Shown here: piece after piece, positions 7,007 to 12,895 of the stretch | Position numbering within the stretch: position 1 is the stretch's first letter | How the letters are laid out: each line of letters begins with the position of its first letter | The notes under the pieces: generated by a model | The model's input: only the letters and a program-made list of their open reading frames with translations | Told to the model about the DNA's origin: nothing | Databases searched by the model: none | From: a virus | Length of the DNA stretch: 12,895 nt | UHGV virus genome: UHGV-0267677 | Reading direction: 5' to 3' (one strand) | Position numbers and translations under genes: made by a program

Positions 7007-7365
7007 ATACTTACCACATCACACTACCCTGGCCGCCGAGCAATAACCGCTACTACAGGCATAATCGCGGGCGCACGCACATCAGCGCAGAAGGGCAGGC
7101 ATACCGTGATAACGTCGCCCGAATCATTAAAGGCTCAATGCTGGATATCGGTCTGGCTATGCCTGTGAAAATCCGCATTGAGTGCCACATGCCGGATCAC
7201 CGTCGCCGTGACCTGGATAATCTGCAAAAAGCCGCTTTTGACGCACTCACTAAAGCAGGTTTCTGGCTGGATGATGCTCAGGTCGTTGATTACCGCGTTG
7301 TGAAGATGCCTGTTACCAAAGGTGGGAGGCTGGAACTGACCATCACCGAAATGGGGAATGAATGA
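7003..7365 (+). CDS. rusA: Holliday-junction resolvase RusA
   Basis: GTG 7003 overlaps the ybcO stop (GTGA). 120 aa (M)[25 protein letters not shown]...[31 protein letters not shown] matches RusA as recalled. The track ORF 6829-7365 is the same frame with an unsupported upstream extension. Confidence 0.95.
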   Translation: MNTYHITLPWPPSNNRYYRHNRGRTHISAEGQAYRDNVARIIKGSMLDIGLAMPVKIRIECHMPDHRRRDLDNLQKAAFDALTKAGFWLDDAQVVDYRVVKMPVTKGGRLELTITEMGNE

Positions 7366-7502
7366 TGTTTGAGTTTAATATGGCAGAACTTCTTCGCCAC
7401 CGCTGGGGGCGTCTGCGCTTATATCGTTTCCCCGGTTCTGTTTTGACCGATTACCGAATACTGAAGAATTACGCCAAAACCCTGACAGGAGCAGGAGTAT
7501 GA
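7362..7502 (+). CDS. ylcG: YlcG-family small protein (46 aa)
   Basis: ATG 7362 overlaps the rusA stop. Translation [46 protein letters not shown]; stop TGA 7500-7502. Not in the ORF track (short). Confidence 0.75.
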   Translation: MMFEFNMAELLRHRWGRLRLYRFPGSVLTDYRILKNYAKTLTGAGV

Positions 7503-7586
7503 AGTCAGAGATAACAATCAACTAATACTGTTTTGTTGATTTTTGCTTGTAATTGGCGTTTTGGTCTGATTTTGTGGAGTAAGTTG

Positions 7587-7970
7587 ATGCGTGATATTCA
7601 GATGGTTCTTGAGCGTTGGGGAGCGTGGGCGGCTAATAATCATGAAGATGTGACCTGGTCGTCCATTGCCGCCGGTTTTAAGGGATTAATTACTTCAAAA
7701 GTAAAATCTCGCCCGCAATGTTGTGACGATGACGCGATGATCATTTGCGGGTGCATGGCCCGTCTGAAAAAGAACAACAGCGATTTGCACGATTTATTAG
7801 TAGATTATTATGTAGTCGGTATGACATTCATGTCACTGGCAGGTAAGCATTGCTGCTCTGATGGTTATATCGGGAAAAGGTTACAGAAGGCTGAGGGCAT
7901 AATTGAAGGGATGTTAATGGCATTAGATATCCGGTTAGAGATGGATATCGTTGTTAATAACTCTAATTAA
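7587..7970 (+). CDS. quuD: Late-gene antiterminator Q (phage 82/DLP12 QuuD type)
   Basis: 127 aa from ATG 7587 (SD GGAGTAAG): [26 protein letters not shown]...[16 protein letters not shown]... The track start at 7533 lacks an SD. Stop TAA 7968-7970. Confidence 0.9.
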   Translation: MRDIQMVLERWGAWAANNHEDVTWSSIAAGFKGLITSKVKSRPQCCDDDAMIICGCMARLKKNNSDLHDLLVDYYVVGMTFMSLAGKHCCSDGYIGKRLQKAEGIIEGMLMALDIRLEMDIVVNNSN

Positions 7971-8109
7971 TATGCCAATTGTTTACTAAAAATTATTAAA
8001 AATGGGGCGTTGAGACGCCCCCAAAAATAAAGGGTAATATATAACAGAAGGTTTATATAGTTAGAAGCAAGGTTGTGCTTCTAAAGGAAGTGGCTTGAGG
8101 GAGCCACTT
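7971..8109 (+). promoter_or_regulatory. Candidate late promoter (pR'-like) and Q-utilisation region with stem-loops
   Basis: AT-rich promoter-like stretch at 7975-8003 directly after Q, then hairpins ggggcgt-tgag-acgcccc (8004-8021), tagaagca-aggttg-tgcttcta (8062-8083) and aagtggct-tgaggg-agccactt (8089-8110). Assignment rests on position by analogy with lambda pR'/qut; exact -35/-10 not resolved. Confidence 0.4.
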
Positions 8110-8150
8110 ATATGTTGGGGAGGCAACGCCTCCCGCAACATATCTTTTTC
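8110..8150 (+). terminator. Intrinsic terminator, candidate tR' (Q-antiterminated)
   Basis: Long hairpin atatgttg-gggaggc-aac-gcctccc-(g)-caacatat (8110-8143) followed by cTTTTTc (8144-8150), about 175 nt downstream of Q. Confidence 0.55.
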
Positions 8151-8159
8151 GTAATCAGA

Positions 8160-9257
8160 TTAGAACTGGTAAACCAGACCTACAGCAACGATGTCATCAG
8201 TGCTTACACCGAGTGCTTTAGTGAAGTCATTTTTGTCAAGCAGGTTGATTTTGTAATCAACGAAAGTAGACATATTTTTGTTGAAGTAATAGGTTGCACC
8301 TACATCAACATATTTGACTAAGTCCTGATCGCCCCATACTCCAAGATCCTTACCTTTAGATTGCAGGTAAGCAACGGACGGACGCAGACCGAAATCGAAC
8401 TGATATTGTGCAACAGCTTCGAAGTTTTGGGCTTTATTAGCAACGAAGTGATCAGCAAATACAGTCATATTCTGGGTTTCAGAATAGGTAGTGGCCAGGT
8501 AAATGTTGTTAGCGTCATATTTCAGACCTGCGGCCCAAACTTCTGCATTTTTACCGGAAGCAAATACTTCAGGAAGAACTTTCCCTGCATTAACTTGAGT
8601 GTCGGTACGATCAGATTTCGCATAAGTTGCACCGATACCGAATCCTTCGTATTCATAGGTAGCAGAGAAACCGAAGCCATCACCGTTACCTTCAGTGTAG
8701 TTATCGAAATCGCTACGATCGTTTTTGCCTTGGTACTGAGCAGCAAAGTTCAGACCATCAACCAGACCAAAGAAGTCGTTGTTACGATAGGTTGCAACAC
8801 CAGTGGTGCGACCAGTCATGAACACATCTGTTTGGGTCCAGGTATCGCCACCGAATTCTGGCAGAACGTCAGTCCACGCACCGATGTCGTATGCTACACC
8901 GTAGTTACGGCCGTAATCGATTGAGCCGTAGTCACCGAATTTCAGGCCTGCAAATGCAAGACGGGTTTTGTCTTTGGAGGAACCTTGAGATTCAGCGCGG
9001 TTGCCTTTGAATTCATATTCCCACTGACCGAAACCAGTCAGTTGATCGTTGATTTGGGTTTCACCTTTGAAGCCAAGACGGGCATAAGTAGTATCACCAT
9101 CATCTGCATCATTAGAGGAGAAGTAGTGCTTAGCATTAACTTTCCCGTACAGATCCAGCTTGTTACTGTCTTTATTATAAATTTCAGCTGCCTGAGCAGA
9201 CATCGCCATCAGTACTGATGCAGCTACAGCAGAAATTGCCACTGTTAATTTTTTCAT
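8160..9257 (-). CDS. nmpC: Outer-membrane general porin, NmpC/Lc (OmpC/OmpF family), apparently intact
   Basis: 365 aa with signal peptide [30 protein letters not shown], the typical porin block LYGKV...[26 protein letters not shown], and C-terminal ...VGLVYQF. Sits between Q and the holin on the opposite strand, as nmpC does in DLP12. Confidence 0.95.
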   Translation of the reverse strand: MKKLTVAISAVAASVLMAMSAQAAEIYNKDSNKLDLYGKVNAKHYFSSNDADDGDTTYARLGFKGETQINDQLTGFGQWEYEFKGNRAESQGSSKDKTRLAFAGLKFGDYGSIDYGRNYGVAYDIGAWTDVLPEFGGDTWTQTDVFMTGRTTGVATYRNNDFFGLVDGLNFAAQYQGKNDRSDFDNYTEGNGDGFGFSATYEYEGFGIGATYAKSDRTDTQVNAGKVLPEVFASGKNAEVWAAGLKYDANNIYLATTYSETQNMTVFADHFVANKAQNFEAVAQYQFDFGLRPSVAYLQSKGKDLGVWGDQDLVKYVDVGATYYFNKNMSTFVDYKINLLDKNDFTKALGVSTDDIVAVGLVYQF

Positions 9258-9685
9258 CGTGAGCCCTTTTTTTTGAACTATTATTAAAAAATGATGTCAC
9301 TGCGCGATAAATATTCATCTAATCAATATGATTATTTCAAGATGTAAGTTTTGGTTTCTCGTTTGATTTGTGAAGTAGATCTCTATTTTTATCTGAACTT
9401 TTTTCTGTCGAATCCTATTCATGGCTCTTGGCTGAATAAAAATAAATCTATTAGCCAATTTATATTAACGGTTGTTATTTATAAGTGCTCTATGATTTGA
9501 AGGTTCAATTTAAATCGGCTAAAAATAACACTGGAAATTATTTGTTGGTTATTTGTTGAGATTTGCTTATGTATTTGTAGTGGTGTTTTCAATACTCGGT
9601 AGCATTCTCGCAAATATCATTTAGTGGTTTACGTACGTAAAAAATTGGTTATGCTGTTAAGAGTGGTTACTTCGTCACACAGCTT

Positions 9686-9716
9686 AAACCCGCCGTCGAG
9701 CGGGTTTTTCCATTTT
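9686..9716 (+). terminator. Rho-independent terminator in the nmpC-holin intergenic region (+ strand)
   Basis: Stem aaacccgc/gcgggttt (9686-9693 and 9700-9707), loop cgtcga, followed by ttccatttttt. Confidence 0.6.
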
Positions 9717-9830
9717 TTGAGTCTTGATATTAGCTGATAACCCAATACCTGAGTTATTCACTGACTCCGAGTCTGTTACGTTTCGTAGTATTCCCTCAAT
9801 TTACACCCGCTTTGTCTGCGAGGTGGGGTT

Positions 9831-10046
9831 ATGAAATCCATGGATAAGTTAACAACGGGTGTCGCCTATGGCACCTCAGCAGGTAGTGCCGGTTACTGGT
9901 TTTTACAGCTGCTCGATAAAGTCACGCCCTCACAGTGGGCAGCAATAGGTGTGCTGGGTAGCCTGGTATTTGGCCTGCTGACGTACCTGACAAACCTTTA
10001 TTTCAAGATTAAAGAAGACAAGCGTAAGGCTGCACGGGGAGAGTAA
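9831..10046 (+). CDS. essD: Class II holin, phage 21 S-type pinholin with dual-start motif (EssD/EssQ-like)
   Basis: 71 aa [31 protein letters not shown]...[11 protein letters not shown] with the Met1-Lys-Ser-Met4 dual start, two TM segments and a charged C-terminus. SD GAGGTGGGG upstream. Confidence 0.9.
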
Positions 10047-10050
10047 TTCA

Positions 10051-10365
10051 ATGACTCAAAAATATGAACTGATTGTGAAAGGGATCCGCAATTTTGAGAA
10101 TAAAGTTACGGTAACTTTAGCGTTACGGGACAAAGAACGCTTTGACGGTGAAATTTTTGACCTGGACATCTCGCTGGACCGTGTTGAAGGTGCCGCGCTG
10201 GAGTTTTATGAGGCAGCAGCCAGAAGGAGCATCAGACAGGTCTTCCTGGATGTTGCTGCCGGGTTATGTGAAGGGGACGAGCTGTTGCCAGAAACGCGCC
10301 CCTGTTCAGAGGCGCGGTATACCATAAAAATTAACAGTTCTGATAACTCGATTACGGGTTGTTAG
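10051..10365 (+). CDS. Conserved hypothetical acidic protein between holin and endolysin (YdfR/DUF1327-like by position and size)
   Basis: 104 aa, starting 4 nt after the holin stop with SD GGAGAG. I recall a ~103-aa gene (ydfR) in the same position in the Qin-type lysis cassette; sequence identity was not verified. Confidence 0.7.
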   Translation: MTQKYELIVKGIRNFENKVTVTLALRDKERFDGEIFDLDISLDRVEGAALEFYEAAARRSIRQVFLDVAAGLCEGDELLPETRPCSEARYTIKINSSDNSITGC

Positions 10366-10420
10366 CTTTTTGCAGTTGGCTTTCCGGTATCTTTCATTGG
10401 TAGCATCCTGATAAATATCC

Positions 10421-10954
10421 ATGAGCGCAAAAATCAAATACGCCCTGTCAGCTGCTGTTCTGGCGCTGATTGCTGCAGGCGCGTCTGCTCCTCAGATACT
10501 TGACCAGTTTCTGGACGAAAAAGAGGGTAACCACACAACGGCATACCGCGATGGTTCCGGCATCTGGACCATCTGTCGGGGGGCCACGATGGTGGATGGA
10601 AAACCCGTTTTTCCCGGTATGAAACTGTCGAAGGAAAAATGCGACCAGGTCAACGCCATTGAGCGTGATAAGGCGCTGGCATGGGTGGAGAAAAACATCA
10701 AAGTGCCATTGAGCGAACCCCAGAAAGCGGGGATCGCGTCATTCTGTCCGTACAACATTGGTCCCAGTAAGTGTTTCCCGTCGACGTTTTATAAACGAAT
10801 TAATGCAGGTGATCGCAGGGGAGCGTGTGAGGCGATTCGCTGGTGGATTAAGGACGGTGGCAGAGACTGCCGTATTCGTTCAAACAACTGCTACGGTCAG
10901 GTTGTTCGCCGTGACCAGGAGAGCGCATTAGCCTGTTGGGGTATCGACAGATAA
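10421..10954 (+). CDS. SAR endolysin (T4-lysozyme-like muramidase with N-terminal signal-arrest-release domain)
   Basis: 177 aa. N-terminal weakly hydrophobic Ala/Gly-rich SAR segment YALSAAVLALIAAGASAP, then the catalytic triad spacing E-x8-D-x5-T in DEKEGNHTTAYRDGSGIWTICRG. Pairs with the pinholin upstream. Confidence 0.9.
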   Translation: MSAKIKYALSAAVLALIAAGASAPQILDQFLDEKEGNHTTAYRDGSGIWTICRGATMVDGKPVFPGMKLSKEKCDQVNAIERDKALAWVEKNIKVPLSEPQKAGIASFCPYNIGPSKCFPSTFYKRINAGDRRGACEAIRWWIKDGGRDCRIRSNNCYGQVVRRDQESALACWGIDR

Positions 10955-11044
10955 GCAGGATATTCTGCTGAAAAATGCGGGATGGCCACGCGAGCGGATA
11001 ACACGAAATCCTGCTAACTGGTAAAACAGAAGTGAATAAAAGTA

Positions 11045-11081
11045 AAACCCCGATTGCGCGAACAGTCGGGGTTTTGTTTTT
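11045..11081 (+). terminator. Rho-independent terminator ~90 nt downstream of the endolysin
   Basis: Stem aaaccccga/tcggggttt (11045-11053 and 11066-11074) with a 12-nt loop, followed by tgttttt. Confidence 0.6.
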
Positions 11082-11115
11082 GGACTAATTCTGTGGATGC
11101 GCATGGGGATCAGTC

Positions 11116-11313
11116 ATGCCAGTAAAGACTAACACGACGAAAGATAAATTTGGAGATGATCTGATGATAAAAGCAGAAACCACTCCGCAGGGTGCGGATG
11201 ATGCCGCAAAAATCATCGCAGTATGCCGTGGTATCAGGCACATACTGACGCCAGTTGCATGGATTATTTGTACCGCACTGATTGCATACACAACGATTTA
11301 TTTAAACAGATGA
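11116..11313 (+). CDS. Possible small membrane protein (65 aa) in the endolysin-Rz insert; weakly supported
   Basis: ORF with a C-terminal hydrophobic helix ILTPVAWIICTALIAYTTIYL. Followed, with ATGA overlap, by a 28-aa hydrophobic mini-ORF (11310-11396, MSAEFVRATVFAIRIVAIAVLVWAIRWW). No family recognised. Confidence 0.3.
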   Translation: MPVKTNTTKDKFGDDLMIKAETTPQGADDAAKIIAVCRGIRHILTPVAWIICTALIAYTTIYLNR

Positions 11314-11773
11314 GCGCTGAATTTGTTCGGGCAACCGTGTTTGCTATTCGTATTGTGGCAATTGCTGTTCTGGTCTGGGCAATCCGCTGGTGGTGAGAGA
11401 GTGGCCGGAGGGCTGCGACAGCAGGCCCGTCGGGGCGAAACGGGCAAAGAAAAGCGCAACGCAAATAAAACAATAAAGTTACATATATTTTGTAAGATAT
11501 TATTTGAATTTGTTTTGAATTATCGGAATGCATATTATTTACCATAATACAATAATTTAATTTCCATTATTATCATGGCGTTGTGCGAATAAAATATCAT
11601 GCCAGTTTTATTTAGTTTACAATTTTAATGTTAATTATGACAACATAATGATAACACAAAAGGATGAGAAAACTCACGGTACCAGAAGCGGCGGACGACA
11701 GCGACGGACAGCTGCATGACCGCTACGTAATACCCGTTCATCAAAATCACGGAGTATCAGAACAGGTGGCTGC

Positions 11774-12238
11774 ATGAACCGCATAACGACGTACGTAATA
11801 ATATTATTGCTGGCAGTGACTGCAGCGCTGGCATGGACAACGGACAATTACTACCGTAACGCTGTCACTTACAAAGAGCAGCGCGACAAAAACGCCGGAG
11901 AGCTGAAACTGGCGAACGCCACCATTACTGACATGCAGCAGCGTCAGCGTGATGTTGCTGCGCTCGATGCAAAGTACTCGAGAGAATTAGCCAATGCGAA
12001 AGCTGAAAATGAAACTCTGCGCGCTGATGTTGCCGCTGGTCGTCGTCGGTTGCACATCAAAGCAGTCTGTCAGTCAGTGCGTGAAGCCACCACCGCCTCC
12101 GGCGTGGATAATGCAACCAGCCCCCGACTGGCAGACACCGCTGAACGGGATTATTTCACCCTCAGAGAGCGGCTGATGACGATGCAGATGCAACTGGAAG
12201 GGGCACAGGAGTATATCCGCACTCAGTGCATTAAGTAG
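11774..12238 (+). CDS. Spanin inner-membrane subunit Rz (i-spanin)
   Basis: 154 aa with N-terminal TM helix (YVIILLLAVTAALAW), then a long charged coiled-coil-like periplasmic domain. SD AGGTGG upstream; contains the embedded Rz1 frame. Confidence 0.85.
   Translation: MNRITTYVIILLLAVTAALAWTTDNYYRNAVTYKEQRDKNAGELKLANATITDMQQRQRDVAALDAKYSRELANAKAENETLRADVAAGRRRLHIKAVCQSVREATTASGVDNATSPRLADTAERDYFTLRERLMTMQMQLEGAQEYIRTQCIK
11994..12176 (+). CDS. Spanin outer-membrane lipoprotein subunit Rz1 (o-spanin), embedded out of frame in Rz
   Basis: Signal peptide with lipobox (LMLPLVVVG/C) followed by a proline-rich mature region (VKPPPPPAWIMQPAPDWQTP), entirely within Rz in the +1 frame. The true start may be the second Met. 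Confidence 0.8.
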   Translation: MRKLKMKLCALMLPLVVVGCTSKQSVSQCVKPPPPPAWIMQPAPDWQTPLNGIISPSESG

Positions 12239-12280
12239 CCTTTTTATCGTGGTAAACATTTCGCAGGGTATGAGGTATTT

Positions 12281-12631
12281 ATGCCATCACGAATCCCACG
12301 CGCCTGCCGTAAGCGTGGATGTGCAGGTACAACCACAGACAGTTCTGGTTACTGCGATAAACATCGTGGCGAAGGATGGGTACAGCATCAACGCGGACTG
12401 AGCCGCCACCAGCGTGGCTATGGCTCGAAATGGGATGCCATACGTGCGCGCATACTGAAGCGTGATAATCATCTGTGTCAGAACTGCCTGCGCAATGGGA
12501 GAGCCGTTGAAGCCAGAACTGTGGACCACATCATTCCGAAAGCTCATGGTGGCACGGATGCAGACAGTAACCTGCAGAGTCTGTGCTGGCCCTGTCATAA
12601 AGCAAAAACAGCGCGCGAACGCATCAATTGA
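12281..12631 (+). CDS. HNH homing-type endonuclease (packaging-associated)
   Basis: 116 aa with Cys pairs (CRKRGC...CDKH, CQNC, CWPCH) and the HNH core DHIIPKAHGGTDADSNLQSLCWPCH. Lies immediately upstream of the small terminase, as in HK97-like cos phages. Confidence 0.9.
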   Translation: MPSRIPRACRKRGCAGTTTDSSGYCDKHRGEGWVQHQRGLSRHQRGYGSKWDAIRARILKRDNHLCQNCLRNGRAVEARTVDHIIPKAHGGTDADSNLQSLCWPCHKAKTARERIN

Positions 12632-12778
12632 TAACAGTTCCCATCTGTAGGGGAGGGGCGGGTCAAATCTCTGCAACCCTGGCTGCTCAGTACCGCCGCC
12701 TGACCTTTCCTCGCATCGCCGCAGGTTCGAAAACTTTTTTTTGGAATGTAATTAAATGATTGATAGGTAAAACCGATT

Positions 12779-12895
12779 ATGTCTGGACCCCCGAAAACCC
12801 CGCCACGCCTGCATTTGATACGAGGTAACCCCTCAAAGCGGCCAGTTAAAGACCCCAAAAAAACCGCTAAAAAGGATGAAAAAGGTCTCCCTAAA
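12779..12895 (+). CDS. Terminase small subunit (P27 family), N-terminal 39 codons only; runs off the window
   Basis: MSGPPKTPPRLHLIRGNPSKRPVKDPKKTAKKDEKGLPK has the characteristic G-rP-Kp...L.gNpsKRP opening of P27-family small terminases. Not in the ORF track because it is truncated. Confidence 0.7.
   Translation, partial: MSGPPKTPPRLHLIRGNPSKRPVKDPKKTAKKDEKGLPK

Larger units (their letters stand above)
1..12895 (+). mobile_element. Segment of a lambdoid prophage (replication, nin region, Q, porin moron, lysis, start of packaging); neither prophage end nor att site lies in the window
   Basis: Gene order O-P-(cargo)-ninB-ninE-ybcO-rusA-ylcG-Q-porin-holin-endolysin-Rz/Rz1-HNH-terS, all but the porin on the + strand; translations match well-known lambda, DLP12 and phage 21/Qin families. 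Confidence 0.9.

Noticed and set aside
6352-7017. 221-aa ORF on the minus strand spanning ninE, ybcO and the start of rusA
   Set aside because: It is antisense to three plus-strand genes with recognisable products, SDs and translational coupling. It has Cys/Trp/Arg-rich, low-complexity composition typical of an antisense reading of GC-balanced coding sequence, and no start context.
8361-8924. 187-aa plus-strand ORF (and others at 8112-8321, 8985-9218) overlapping the porin gene
   Set aside because: Antisense to a full-length porin with signal peptide and conserved motifs; no family resemblance or SD. Shadow ORFs.
11264-11547. Overlapping ORFs of 93 aa (minus) and 74 aa (plus) in the endolysin-Rz insert
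   Set aside because: They overlap each other on opposite strands in partly AT-rich sequence, have no SD and Cys/Arg-rich unnatural composition. Treated as non-coding until transcript data say otherwise.
12660-12745. tRNA-like T-loop words (gggtcaaatc, ggttcgaaa) between HNH and terS
   Set aside because: Neither is flanked by complementary 5-bp T-stems, and no acceptor or anticodon stems can be drawn. More likely part of the cos/terminase-binding region.

Overview
This 12.9-kb window reads as a contiguous segment of a mosaic lambdoid prophage from an E. coli-like enterobacterial host, transcribed almost entirely left to right. In order: (1) the 3' part of an early-region gene and a lambda-type replication module, with O carrying five internal ori iterons and a P that looks near-identical to lambda P; (2) a visibly AT-rich ~1.9-kb cargo island holding two unrecognised genes, a soluble 221-aa protein and a 319-aa protein with three C-terminal transmembrane helices, at the position where lambda carries ren. 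This is my top candidate for an undescribed phage-exclusion or defence module; (3) a second cargo cassette (Bro-N domain protein, intrinsic terminator, small membrane-anchored protein) bracketed by ~125-bp direct repeats; (4) a DLP12-like nin region (ybcN/ninB-like, ninE, ybcO, rusA, ylcG) with overlapping stop/start codons, a quuD-type Q antiterminator and a hairpin-rich late regulatory region; (5) an intact nmpC/Lc-type porin gene on the minus strand; (6) a phage-21/Qin-type lysis cassette (dual-start pinholin, YdfR-like gene, SAR endolysin, an ~0.8-kb insert of unknown content, Rz with embedded Rz1); (7) an HNH endonuclease, a possible cos region and the first 39 codons of a P27-family small terminase. 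I saw no rRNA, tRNA or CRISPR array. All identifications come from reading the translations and motifs by eye and from recalled family knowledge; no database search or folding computation was run, and compositional statements are estimates.
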